Shown here: positions 1 to 8,356 of the stretch, piece by piece
How positions within the stretch are numbered: the first letter of the stretch is position 1
Layout: every line of letters begins with the position of its first letter
From: Actinomycetota bacterium
GTDB lineage: Bacteria > Actinomycetota > Acidimicrobiia > Acidimicrobiales > MedAcidi-G1
Assembly: GCA_014381945.1 (NCBI GenBank)
Contig: JACNKQ010000036.1
Span: 14,739 to 78,738 of the forward strand
Length of the DNA stretch: 64,000 nt
Direction: 5' to 3'
Position numbers and translations under genes: made by a program
Notes under the pieces: model-generated
What the model was told of the DNA's origin: nothing
Database searches by the model: none
Seen by the model: only the letters and a program-made list of their open reading frames with translations

Positions 1-481
1 GCGGCGTGGCAGAGAGGTCACCGGCCGCAACGGCGTGCACCTCGCCACCGGTGCACAGCAACGCCAGGTCGGCCCGTCCAGCAGCAGGCACGAGGTCGTC
101 GGTGGGCGCTCCGGCGATCAGCAGCGCCGAACCGTCGGCGGCACGGCCCAACCACTCGTCGGCCATGGCCCCGGGGGCGTGGTCGCGCAGGATCGGAACG
201 GCCACGGCGGCATGCTCGGCGACCGGCTCGGGGCAGGCGGCGTAGCCCAGCTCCTCGAGCAGCAACACCAGGTCGCAGGTCGACATGCCGAGGCCGCCGT
301 GCGACTCGGGGGCGGCCACGCCGAGCACCCCGGTCGCCGCCAGGGTCTGCCAGAGGCCCGGAACCCGGCCCTCGGGGTCGTCCCATGCGGCCCGCACGGC
401 CGACGGCGTGCACTCCCCTGCGAGGATTTCCCTGACCGTGTCGGCGAAAAGGACCTGCTCGTCGGTAAAGGCGAAGCGCAT
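1..481 (-). CDS. acyl-CoA dehydrogenase, N-terminal part (gene runs off the left edge of the window)
   Basis: Manual translation from ATG 481-479 gives MRFAFTDEQVLFADTVREILAGECTPSAVRAAWDDPEG...GVLGVAAPESHGGLGMS, an ACAD-like N-terminal domain. The frame is open to position 1. It is absent from the ORF track because no stop lies in the window. It starts 13 bp after the stop of the upstream ACAD gene. Confidence 0.7.
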   Translation of the reverse strand, partial: MRFAFTDEQVLFADTVREILAGECTPSAVRAAWDDPEGRVPGLWQTLAATGVLGVAAPESHGGLGMSTCDLVLLLEELGYAACPEPVAEHAAVAVPILRDHAPGAMADEWLGRAADGSALLIAGAPTDDLVPAAGRADLALLCTGGEVHAVAAGDLSATP

Positions 482-494
482 CGTTCCAGCCCCC

Positions 495-1661
495 CTACTT
501 CCGCGGGAGGCCGAGCACCCGCTCGGCGATGATGTTGCGCTGGATCTCGTTTGTGCCTGCGTAGATGGGCCCGGCCAGGGCGAACAGGTAGCCCGCCATC
601 CACGAGCCGCCGTCGACGGCCCCGGGGGCGTCGGCCACCAGCTCGCCGCGTGAGCCGAGCAGGCGCAGGGCGGTGGCGTGCAGTTCGACGTCGAGCTCCG
701 ACCAGAAGACCTTCATCATCGACGCAGATGCGCCGAGGTCGCCGCCGGCCTGTAGCCGGGCGGCAGCGCCGAAGGTCTGCCACCGGTATGCGTCGGCGGC
801 GGTCCGGGCCCGCACCACCTGGTCGAGCACGCCGGGGTCGACGTCGTGCTCGGCGCTGATCCGGCGGTACAGGTCGGTGAGCCGCCCGGCGGCGGCGAGG
901 AAGCGACCCGGTGCCCGCAGGTTGAGGCCCCGCTCGCTCGATGTGGTCGCCATCGCGACGGACCAGCCCTCACCCTCTGCACCGAGCAGGTTCGACTCGT
1001 GGACCCGGCAGTCCGAGAAGAACAGCTCGGCGAATGCCGGCTCGCCATCGAGGCGTCCGACGGTGCGGCGCTCGAGGCCCGGACTGTCGGCCGGCACCAG
1101 CAGGTACGAAAGGCCCCGGTGGCGCTCCGAGTCGGGGTCGGTGCGCACGATGCAGAACAGCCAGTCGGCCCATGCGCCCCGCGAGCACCAGGTCTTCTGG
1201 CCGTTCAGCACGAAGTGGTCGCCATCCCGGACTGCCTTTGTGGCGATCGACGCCAGGTCGCTGCCGGAGTCGGGCTCGGACCAGCCCTGGGCCCAGATCT
1301 CGTCGCCGGAGGCCATGGCGGGTAGGAAGCGGTCGTGCTGTTCGGGCGTTCCGTAGGCGAACAGCGTCGGGCCGAGCAGCGTGATGCCGTTGGTGTTGAC
1401 CCGGCCCGGTGCACCCGAGGCGTAGTACTCCTCCTCGAACAGCAGCCACTCGACCAGGCCGACGTCGCGGCCGCCATACGCCTCGGGCCAGTTGACGACC
1501 GACCAGCGTGCATCGAACAGCACCTGCTCCCACCCGCGGTGCGCCTCGAATCCCTCGGGCGTGTCCATCGACGGCAGCGGATCGCCGGGGATGTTCTCTG
1601 CCAGCCAGGTCCGGACCTCGTCGCGGAACGCAGTCTGTTCGGGCGTGAAGCGCAGGTCCAC
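495..1661 (-). CDS. acyl-CoA dehydrogenase family protein
   Basis: 388-aa ORF with normal amino-acid composition. ACAD-like motifs are present (GWSEPDSGSDLASI; C-terminal YAGTNEIQRNIIAERVLGLP). It sits in tandem with a second ACAD gene. Confidence 0.9.
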   Translation of the reverse strand: MDLRFTPEQTAFRDEVRTWLAENIPGDPLPSMDTPEGFEAHRGWEQVLFDARWSVVNWPEAYGGRDVGLVEWLLFEEEYYASGAPGRVNTNGITLLGPTLFAYGTPEQHDRFLPAMASGDEIWAQGWSEPDSGSDLASIATKAVRDGDHFVLNGQKTWCSRGAWADWLFCIVRTDPDSERHRGLSYLLVPADSPGLERRTVGRLDGEPAFAELFFSDCRVHESNLLGAEGEGWSVAMATTSSERGLNLRAPGRFLAAAGRLTDLYRRISAEHDVDPGVLDQVVRARTAADAYRWQTFGAAARLQAGGDLGASASMMKVFWSELDVELHATALRLLGSRGELVADAPGAVDGGSWMAGYLFALAGPIYAGTNEIQRNIIAERVLGLPRK

Positions 1662-1670
1662 GGCGCCGTC

Positions 1671-2729
1671 TCAGGAGCCGCAGAGGCGGTCGAGGGCCTC
1701 GCCGGCCTCGGCCACGATCCTCGCAACGAGATCGGCGACCGAGGGGAGTTCGTCGATCGAGCCGACGCCCTGGCCGGTCGGGAGGATGCCCACCTCGGTA
1801 CGGCCGTCGACCATGGTGGCCCGGGTGAGCATCGGGGCGTTTGCAGCCAGCGCCACCTGTCCCCAGGTCAGGTCCTGGGCCTTCTTCATGCGGACGCCCT
1901 CTGAGATGAGTGCCCGCAGCGATGTACCGGTGAGGCGCCGGAAGCGCATGGCGTTGGCGGCCGCACGGGGGAAGCGGGTCAGGCGGGCGGCCTCCAGCCG
2001 GCGGACCATGTCGGTGGCGATCACCCGCTGCGGGGCGCCGTCGATGGCCGTGGTGACCACGGTGCCGGTGACCGGCGTGGCGAGGTACCGCTCCTTGACC
2101 GCATCCGGCACCGTGCTGTCCGTCGTGAGCAGGAACCGGGTGCCCATGGCTATGCCGTCGGCGCCCCATGCCAGTGCGGCGGCGAGTCCCCGACCGTCCA
2201 CGAAGCCGCCGGCGGCGATCACCGGCAGGTCGACGGCGTCGAGCACCTGCGGGATGAGCAGCGAGGTCGGTACGACGCCGGTGTGGCCGCCACCCTCGGT
2301 GCCCTGGGCTATGACCGCATCGACCCCCCACTCTGCAACCTTCTCGGCGTGGCGGCGGGCCCCGATGGTGGGGATCACCACGACGCCGGCGTCCTTGAGC
2401 CGGGCGACCGTGGCCTGGCCCGGGGCCTGTGCGAACGACGCCACCTTCACCTCGGCGGTGATGAGGTGCTCGACCCGTCGTTCGACGTCGTCGGCATCGG
2501 TGCGCATGTTGACGCCGAAGGGGGCGTCGGTGCCGGCCCGCACCTCGTCGATGGCGGCCACCATCTCGTCGAAGGTGAGCGTGGCGGCGGCGAGGATGCC
2601 GAGGCCGCCGGCGTCGGCCGTGGCGATGGCGAGCCGCGGTCCGGCCACCCAGCCCATGCCGGTCTGCACGATCGGGTACCGCACCCCGACCAGGTCGCAG
2701 AGCCGCGTGTGCAGCCGGGGGTCGCCCAC
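1671..2729 (-). CDS. ipdC: nitronate monooxygenase / 2-nitropropane dioxygenase family flavoprotein (IpdC-like enoyl reductase)
   Basis: 352-aa ORF with the motifs IVQTGMGWVAGPRLA, AQGTEGGGHTG and VIAAGGFVDGRG, typical of the NMO/FabK TIM-barrel family. It directly follows the CoA-transferase A/B pair, as ipdC does in actinobacterial steroid C/D-ring clusters. The symbol rests on synteny only. Confidence 0.8.
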   Translation of the reverse strand: MGDPRLHTRLCDLVGVRYPIVQTGMGWVAGPRLAIATADAGGLGILAAATLTFDEMVAAIDEVRAGTDAPFGVNMRTDADDVERRVEHLITAEVKVASFAQAPGQATVARLKDAGVVVIPTIGARRHAEKVAEWGVDAVIAQGTEGGGHTGVVPTSLLIPQVLDAVDLPVIAAGGFVDGRGLAAALAWGADGIAMGTRFLLTTDSTVPDAVKERYLATPVTGTVVTTAIDGAPQRVIATDMVRRLEAARLTRFPRAAANAMRFRRLTGTSLRALISEGVRMKKAQDLTWGQVALAANAPMLTRATMVDGRTEVGILPTGQGVGSIDELPSVADLVARIVAEAGEALDRLCGS

Positions 2730-2734
2730 GGGTC

Positions 2735-3502
2735 TCAGCGGAACTCGGCCCTGCGGAGGCCGTGGGGGTCGATGACCTCGCGGATGAGGCGCAGTTCCTC
2801 GTCGGTCGGCAGGCGGGACTCGGGCACCTCGTCGGGCACGAGCAGTTCGAAGCCGGTTGCTTCGACCACCTCATCGACCGTGACGCCCGGGTGCACCGAA
2901 ACGACCTGCATGCGCCGTTCGTCGTTGGCGAAGTCGAACACGCCGAGGTTCGACACGACACGTCGGATCTCGTGGTTGTCACGGATGAACGCCGAGAGCC
3001 CGGCCACCCGGTCGTAGCCGGGCCCCGACACCACGTCGACGGTCGGCACGAAAGAACGGGTCGAGTGGTTGGGCACCCAGTACGAGGTGACGTGGTTGAC
3101 GAGGTTCCCGGGGGCGCCCCGCAGACCCAGCAACTGCGCCTTCGGCTGTCGCCAGTCGCCGATGGCGGCCAGGTTCTGGTTGCCGCTGGCGTCGATCTGG
3201 CTGGCGCCCATCACGACATGGCGTCGGCCGGACCAGACGACGTCGAACACGTCCCGGTAGGGCATCCATGCCTCGACAAGGCGGGGGGCGTCGTCGTCGC
3301 CGACGGGGAGGACGTTGGCGGCCAGCACCGAGACGGCGTCGGTCATCACCATGTCGGGTTCGAAGGTGGCCCGGGCGAGGCGTCCGCCGATGATCGGCGT
3401 GGTGCCGATGGGATTGCAGAGGATCTCGCCGTCGCCGCGGAAGGCCTCCGCCATCGCGACCGCACAGACCTCGTCGAGGGTTGCCGGCGCTGGAGCGCTC
3501 AT
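2735..3502 (-). CDS. ipdB: CoA-transferase subunit B (IpdB-like)
   Basis: Track ORF 2735..3781 has a non-protein-like R/G-rich N-terminus. Protein-like sequence starts at ATG 3502 (MSAPAPATLDEVCAVAMAEAFRGDGEIL...). This ATG overlaps the subunit-A stop as ATGA. The product resembles a 3-oxoacid/glutaconate CoA-transferase beta subunit. Confidence 0.85.
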   Translation of the reverse strand: MSAPAPATLDEVCAVAMAEAFRGDGEILCNPIGTTPIIGGRLARATFEPDMVMTDAVSVLAANVLPVGDDDAPRLVEAWMPYRDVFDVVWSGRRHVVMGASQIDASGNQNLAAIGDWRQPKAQLLGLRGAPGNLVNHVTSYWVPNHSTRSFVPTVDVVSGPGYDRVAGLSAFIRDNHEIRRVVSNLGVFDFANDERRMQVVSVHPGVTVDEVVEATGFELLVPDEVPESRLPTDEELRLIREVIDPHGLRRAEFR

Positions 3503-4377
3503 GTGCCGCTCCCCCCGCGTGCATCGACCGCCGCAAGGTAGGCCTCGTGGCCGGGAGCATCGACGTAGCGCTCCCGGAACGCCGCCCAGGCCCCGGGGTC
3601 CTTCGCCGTGGCGGCGTACTCGCGCTGGAAGGCCTCGTCCCGGCCGTAGTCGGGCGGGCACTCGGTGAAGTGGGCGCCCCGGGGCGCCTCGACGACGCCG
3701 TCCACGAACAGCCGTGGGATCTTGAGCGTGTGGAAGGTGCCCTCGTCGAGTAGTTCTTCGGTGGGCACGACCTTCTCGCAACTCATGAAGGTGCGCCTGG
3801 CCGCCTTGGCGAAGAGGTCGTCGAAGTAGAGGTCGGGGCCGAGGAACTGGCCGTTGCCGCCGGCGTCGGCCCGGTTCATGTGGATCAGCGACACGTCGAT
3901 GTCGAACGCCGGGATGGCGACGAACTCCTCGTGGTGGCCGTCGGCGTCCGGGTACGGCGAGGCCACGGTGCGCAGGTCGGGGTTCATGGTGAGCATGTCG
4001 CTGCCGAGGCCGGCCCGGGTCGGATAGAAGGGCACCCGGTGGGCGGCGGCCAGAAGCCCCAGGTAGAAGGCGCCCTCGTCGAACTCGGCGAAATCGACGG
4101 CGCCGGTCTGGCGGGCCACCCGGAAGTGGGGTTCGAGGGGGATCGTGTCGAGCGACACGAAGCCGTAGACGACCTTGCTGACCCTGCCGGTGGCGCAGAG
4201 CAGGCCGATGTCGGGGCCGCCGTAGGCGACGATGGTGAGGTCGGTGAGGCTGCTGCGGGCGATGGCCCGCACCAGCGACATGGGCTTGCGGCGGGAGCCC
4301 CAGCCGCCGATGCCGATGGTCATGCCGCTTGCGAGTTCGGCAACCACCTCGTCCTCGGTCATCAGCTTGTCGGGCAC
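3499..4377 (-). CDS. ipdA: CoA-transferase subunit A (IpdA-like)
   Basis: The protein-like part of track ORF 3499..4962 begins VPDKLMTEDEVVAELASGMTIGIGGWGSRRKPM. The start is GTG 4377 (alternative ATG 4362). It continues ...EAPRGAHFTECPPDYGRDEAFQ..., resembling a CoA-transferase alpha subunit / IpdA. Confidence 0.85.
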   Translation of the reverse strand: MPDKLMTEDEVVAELASGMTIGIGGWGSRRKPMSLVRAIARSSLTDLTIVAYGGPDIGLLCATGRVSKVVYGFVSLDTIPLEPHFRVARQTGAVDFAEFDEGAFYLGLLAAAHRVPFYPTRAGLGSDMLTMNPDLRTVASPYPDADGHHEEFVAIPAFDIDVSLIHMNRADAGGNGQFLGPDLYFDDLFAKAARRTFMSCEKVVPTEELLDEGTFHTLKIPRLFVDGVVEAPRGAHFTECPPDYGRDEAFQREYAATAKDPGAWAAFRERYVDAPGHEAYLAAVDARGGSGT

Positions 4378-4416
4378 GCCGCCGATGGTAGGCGAGGCAA
4401 GCCCCCTGCGACGATC

Positions 4417-4431
4417 CTGACGGACTGTCAG
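4417..4431. promoter_or_regulatory. candidate operator, palindrome CTGACGGACTGTCAG (copy 1 of a recurrent motif)
   Basis: Lies in the 115-bp divergent spacer between ipdA (start 4377) and an SDR gene (start 4493). The same CTGAC-N5-GTCAG architecture recurs at 12870..12884 and 32353..32367. Confidence 0.45.
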
Positions 4432-4492
4432 AAAGAGAAACCGGTAGCGGGCGACGGGCGGGACCATCCCCGTACCGGGGTCGGGGACTAGC

Positions 4493-5293
4493 GTGCCCGT
4501 CGTGGACTCCCCCGCCGACCCCTCATCCGCCCTCGATTTCAACGGGCAGACCGTGCTCGTCACCGGCGGCACCCGCGGGCTGGGACGGGTGATCTGCCGT
4601 ACCTTCCTCGACGCCGGCGCTGACGTGGTCACCTGCGCCCGCAACGCCCCCGACAAGCCCGTCAAGTCGTCCGACGGCTCACGACAGGCCACCTTCGTAG
4701 CCGCCGACGTACGTGATCCCGACCAGGTCGGGGCCGTCGTCGCAGCCGCCGTCGAACAGACCGGGCGGCTCGACGTGCTGGTCAACAATGCCGGCGGCGC
4801 CCCGCCCGCCGAGTCCTCGACGGCCTCGCCCAACTTCAACGCCAAGGTCATCGCCCTCAACCTGACCAGTGCCCTGACGTTCAGCCAGGCAGCCCGCGGG
4901 GCTATGGCCGACTCGGGCGGGGTGATCCTCAACATCTCGTCCGTGAGCGGCACCCGCACCAACCCCGGCGGCGCCGCCTACGGGGCCGCCAAGGCCGGCC
5001 TCGCCAACATGGGTCGCACCCTCGCCCACGAGTGGGGGCCTGCGATCCGGGTCGTCACCGTCACCGTCGGGATGATCATCACCGACGAGGCGGCCGCCTT
5101 CTACGGCGACGGCGGACGCCGGGAGGCCATCGGCGGCCTGCTCGCCGCCGGCCGCATGGGCGAGCCCGAGGACGTGGCCGACATGTGCCTCGTGCTGGCC
5201 TCGCCGTTGGCCCGCTGGGTCACCGGCACCGAGGTCGAGGTGCACGGCGGCGACGAGCGCCCCGGCTACCTCGACGCAATCAACGACGCCTGA
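4493..5293 (+). CDS. SDR family oxidoreductase
   Basis: 266-aa ORF with a GTG start. Motifs: TGGTRGLG Rossmann motif, NNAG, and S...YGAAKAG catalytic motif. Confidence 0.85.
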   Translation: MPVVDSPADPSSALDFNGQTVLVTGGTRGLGRVICRTFLDAGADVVTCARNAPDKPVKSSDGSRQATFVAADVRDPDQVGAVVAAAVEQTGRLDVLVNNAGGAPPAESSTASPNFNAKVIALNLTSALTFSQAARGAMADSGGVILNISSVSGTRTNPGGAAYGAAKAGLANMGRTLAHEWGPAIRVVTVTVGMIITDEAAAFYGDGGRREAIGGLLAAGRMGEPEDVADMCLVLASPLARWVTGTEVEVHGGDERPGYLDAINDA

Positions 5294-5301
5294 CCGGGCC
5301 C

Positions 5302-5814
5302 GTGCCGCCGATCCACTGCTGGCGCTCCCCCAGGGTGGAGGTCCGCGAGGGTGCCCTGGCCGGCAGGGGCGTGTTCGCCGTCGAGCCCATCGCCGTCGGA
5401 GAGGTGGTCGCCGTCAAGACCGGGCACATCGTCGACCGTGACGAGGTCGTGCGCCTGACCGCCGAGATCGGCGACCAGGCCCTGCAGATCGACGACGACC
5501 TCTACCTCAGCCCCCGGACCGCCGAGGAGGTCGTCCAGACGGCGATCCTCATCAACCACTCGTGCGACGCCAACGTGGGCTTCCGGGGTCAGGTCATCTA
5601 CGTGGCCCTGCGCGACATCGCCGTCGGCGAGGAGCTCTGCCACGACTACGCCATGGACCGCACCGACGACTACCGGCTGGAGTGCCGTTGCGGCGCCGAC
5701 GTGTGCCGGGGTGTGGTGACGGGTAACGACTGGCGGCTCCCCGAGGTGCAGGCCCGCTACGAGGGCTTCTTCCTCGAGTACGTCAACGCCAAGATCGAGG
5801 CGCTCTCGGGCTAG
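5302..5814 (+). CDS. SET-domain protein (putative protein-lysine methyltransferase)
   Basis: The protein-like part of ORF 5032..5814 starts at GTG 5302, 9 nt after the SDR stop. SET signatures INHSCDAN and ELCHDY are present, plus a Cys-rich post-SET-like CRCGADVCRG. About 170 aa. Confidence 0.75.
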   Translation: MPPIHCWRSPRVEVREGALAGRGVFAVEPIAVGEVVAVKTGHIVDRDEVVRLTAEIGDQALQIDDDLYLSPRTAEEVVQTAILINHSCDANVGFRGQVIYVALRDIAVGEELCHDYAMDRTDDYRLECRCGADVCRGVVTGNDWRLPEVQARYEGFFLEYVNAKIEALSG

Positions 5815-6074
5815 CGGCCCGGGTCTTCGCCGATCTCGGCGAGTGCGTCGAGCACGGCACCCCGCAGCCTCCTGGCGATGTCGGGCGGGAGGTGCCCGGC
5901 GAGTCCCTGGCCGGGCCTGCCGACCTCCTCGACGGTGAGGATCACGCGGGGCTGGGCGTCTGCGTAGTCGTCGCTGATTGCGACCGCCCACGAGATCGGC
6001 GTGAGCTCGTCGTCCTCGTAGTCGGGCGGGTAGTCGGCGGGGTCGAACGGGTGGTCGTCGATGGATCGGCGCAT
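5811..6074 (-). CDS. hypothetical small acidic protein
   Basis: 87-aa ORF of normal, acidic composition (MRRSIDDHPFDPADYPPDYEDDELTPISW...). It is convergent with the SET gene and their 3-prime ends overlap by 4 bp. I recognise no family. Confidence 0.5.
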   Translation of the reverse strand: MRRSIDDHPFDPADYPPDYEDDELTPISWAVAISDDYADAQPRVILTVEEVGRPGQGLAGHLPPDIARRLRGAVLDALAEIGEDPGR

Positions 6075-6133
6075 GCAGACAGTGTGCCAGCGGCGGCCAG
6101 CGCCTAATTCCGACTAATCCGATCAGATTTGTG

Positions 6134-6162
6134 TTGATTCCACGGTTCGGCGTCTGTAGGTT
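6134..6162 (+). promoter_or_regulatory. candidate sigma-A-type promoter of the cysH operon
   Basis: TTGATT (6134-6139), a 17-nt spacer, then TAGGTT (6157-6162, fits TAnnnT). It lies in a locally AT-richer 130-bp spacer, about 43 nt upstream of the cysH ATG. Confidence 0.3.
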
Positions 6163-6204
6163 GATCGTCAATCCCGACCTACCTGATCGGAATTAGACGA
6201 CACC

Positions 6205-6903
6205 ATGCCGACAGCGACCCCGACCCCCGTTCAACTGCGCCGCCCGGCCGCCCTGTCCGCTGCCGAGGTCGACGCACTGAACGCCCTCTTCGAGGCGGCA
6301 CACCCCACCGAGATCATCCGCTGGGCCACCGGCACCTTCGGCGATGAACTCTGCCTCACCACCTCGTTCTCCGACACCCTGCTCATCGACCTGGCCGTGG
6401 CCGTCGACCCCGACATCGAGGTGGTGTTCCTCGACACCGGCCTCCACTTCGCCGAGACCCTCGCCACGCTGCGTCGGGCGATGGTCCGCTACGAACTCAA
6501 CCTGCGGGTCGAACGCCCAGACCCCGACGCCCCCGACCTGTTCGAGGTCGGCACCGAGGCCTGCTGCGCCTCCCGCAAGGTGGCACCGCTGGAACGGGCT
6601 CTGGCAGGCAGGCGGGCATGGCTCTCCGGCCTGCGCCGCGACGACCACGTCGGGCGCTCACACACGCCGATCATCCAGGTCGACCGCCGGGGCCTCGTCA
6701 AGGTCAACCCGCTCGCCGCCTGGCCGGCCGCCGAGGCCGACGCCTACGTCGCCGAGCACGGCATCGTCCTGAATCCGCTTCTGGCCGAGGGCTTCGGGTC
6801 CGTGGGTTGCTGGCCGTGCACGGAACTCCCGACCCCGGGCAGCGACGCACGCAGCGGCCGATGGGCCGACAGCGCAAAGACAGAATGCGGCATCCACCTG
6901 TGA
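6205..6903 (+). CDS. cysH: adenosine 5-phosphosulfate / phosphoadenosine phosphosulfate reductase
   Basis: 232-aa ORF with PAPS-reductase fold motifs. The Fe-S cysteines of APS-reductase type are present (ACCASRK ... GCWPCT), as is the C-terminal catalytic KTECGIHL. Confidence 0.9.
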   Translation: MPTATPTPVQLRRPAALSAAEVDALNALFEAAHPTEIIRWATGTFGDELCLTTSFSDTLLIDLAVAVDPDIEVVFLDTGLHFAETLATLRRAMVRYELNLRVERPDPDAPDLFEVGTEACCASRKVAPLERALAGRRAWLSGLRRDDHVGRSHTPIIQVDRRGLVKVNPLAAWPAAEADAYVAEHGIVLNPLLAEGFGSVGCWPCTELPTPGSDARSGRWADSAKTECGIHL

Positions 6904-7562
6904 ACGGCACCCCCTACCCCGTGAGCCTGGACCTCTCCGGTCGCAGCGTGCTGGTGGTCGGCGCAGGCGCCGTGGCCGCACGCAAGGCGTTCGGCCTGCT
7001 CGCCGCAGGCGCCCAGATCACCGTCGTGGCCCCGGAGGCCGTGCCCGAAATCACCGAGGCCGCCGACAACGGCACCCTCCGCTGGCACCGACGCACCTAC
7101 CGCCGGGGCGAGGTGGCGTCGTACCGCCTGGCCGTGGCCGCCACCGGCGATCCCGCCGTCAACGGTCAGGTCTACTGGGACGCCGAAGCCGCCGGCATCT
7201 GGCTCAACGCCGCCGACGACCCCGAACGCTGCTCCTTCACCCTGCCGGCCGTCGTGCGACGCGGCGACCTGCAGGTCGCCGTCTCCACCAACGGACGCTC
7301 GCCCGCCGTGGCTGCCTGGCTGCGCCGCTCCCTCGAGGACTCGATCGGCCCCGAGCACGCCGCCCTCCTCGCCCTCGCTGCAGAGGTGCGCGAGGACCTC
7401 CGGGCCGAACGGGGCACCACCGAGACCCCCGACTGGGAGGCCGCCCTCGACAATGTCCTGCTCGACCTGATCCGCAGCGACGACCTGGACGGCGCCCGCC
7501 TCCGGTTGCGCCGCGCCCTTGGGCTCCCCGGGGTCCCGAACCTCGTCGAGGTGGCGTCATGA
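6885..7562 (+). CDS. precorrin-2 dehydrogenase / sirohydrochlorin ferrochelatase (siroheme synthase N-terminal-domain type)
   Basis: The protein-like part of ORF 6618..7562 reads ...YPVSLDLSGRSVLVVGAGAVAARK...VSTNGRSPAVAAWLR... The start is ATG 6885, or GTG 6900 which overlaps the cysH stop as GTGA. Confidence 0.8.
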   Translation: MRHPPVNGTPYPVSLDLSGRSVLVVGAGAVAARKAFGLLAAGAQITVVAPEAVPEITEAADNGTLRWHRRTYRRGEVASYRLAVAATGDPAVNGQVYWDAEAAGIWLNAADDPERCSFTLPAVVRRGDLQVAVSTNGRSPAVAAWLRRSLEDSIGPEHAALLALAAEVREDLRAERGTTETPDWEAALDNVLLDLIRSDDLDGARLRLRRALGLPGVPNLVEVAS

Positions 7563-8356
7563 CCGTGTACCTGGTCGGTGCCGGACCGGGCGACCCCGAA
7601 CTGCTCACGCTGCGTGCCGCCCGCCTGCTGGCCGAGGCCGATGTGGTGGTCCACGACCGCCTGGTCGACCCCCGCGTGCTGGACCTCATCTCCCCCTGGG
7701 CCGAGGTCATCGACGTCGGCAAGCGCCCCGGCGGGCCTGCCGACGCCCAGGACCGCATCCACCGGGTGCTCGTCGATGCAGCCCGCAGGCATGCCGCCGT
7801 CGTGCGCCTCAAGGGCGGCGACCCCTTCGTGTTCGGCCGGGGCGGAGAAGAGGCCGAGGCCCTGCGCAGCGAGGGCATCGACGTCGAGGCCGTACCCGGC
7901 ATCACCTCCGCCATCGCCGGACCGGCCGCCGCCGGAATTCCCGTCACCATGCGGGGCCACGCCAGCGGCTTCACCGTCATCACCGGCCACCAGGACCCCA
8001 CCACCGCAAACAGCATCGACTGGGAGGCCGCAGCCAGGCTGGGCACAACGCTCATAGTGCTGATGGGTGCCTCCCGGGCGGGCCTCATCGCCGAACGACT
8101 GCTGCTCGGCGGCCTCGGCGCCGACACCCCCGTCGCCGTGGTCGAGTCGGCCGCCACACCCGACCAGCGGGTCGTCCGCACCGTCCTCGCCGACCTGCCC
8201 GAGACACCGGTCCACGCACCGGCCATCCTCGTCATCGGCTCGGTCGCCGGCCTCGACGTCACCGACTGCAACTCCCTCGACGAGAGCGCACTCAGCGACC
8301 TCGTCTCCACCGCACACGCCGCCAGCGAACACGGAGGTTCGTCATGGCTCAGTTGA
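7559..8356 (+). CDS. cobA: uroporphyrinogen-III C-methyltransferase
   Basis: 265-aa ORF: MTVYLVGAGPGDPELLTLRA...RLKGGDPFVFGRGGEE...VPGITSA. ATGA overlap with the upstream gene. Confidence 0.9.
   Translation: MTVYLVGAGPGDPELLTLRAARLLAEADVVVHDRLVDPRVLDLISPWAEVIDVGKRPGGPADAQDRIHRVLVDAARRHAAVVRLKGGDPFVFGRGGEEAEALRSEGIDVEAVPGITSAIAGPAAAGIPVTMRGHASGFTVITGHQDPTTANSIDWEAAARLGTTLIVLMGASRAGLIAERLLLGGLGADTPVAVVESAATPDQRVVRTVLADLPETPVHAPAILVIGSVAGLDVTDCNSLDESALSDLVSTAHAASEHGGSSWLS

Noticed and set aside
970-2982. 670-aa minus-strand ORF, and many similar long ORFs (e.g. 7237..8757 -, 15609..16808 +, 17034..18506 -, 21612..22910 -, 28179..29060 +, 49457..51226 -)
   Set aside because: Extreme R/P/G/A composition, and each lies antisense to or out of frame with a clearly protein-like gene. 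These are typical stop-codon-poor shadow ORFs of a high-GC genome.
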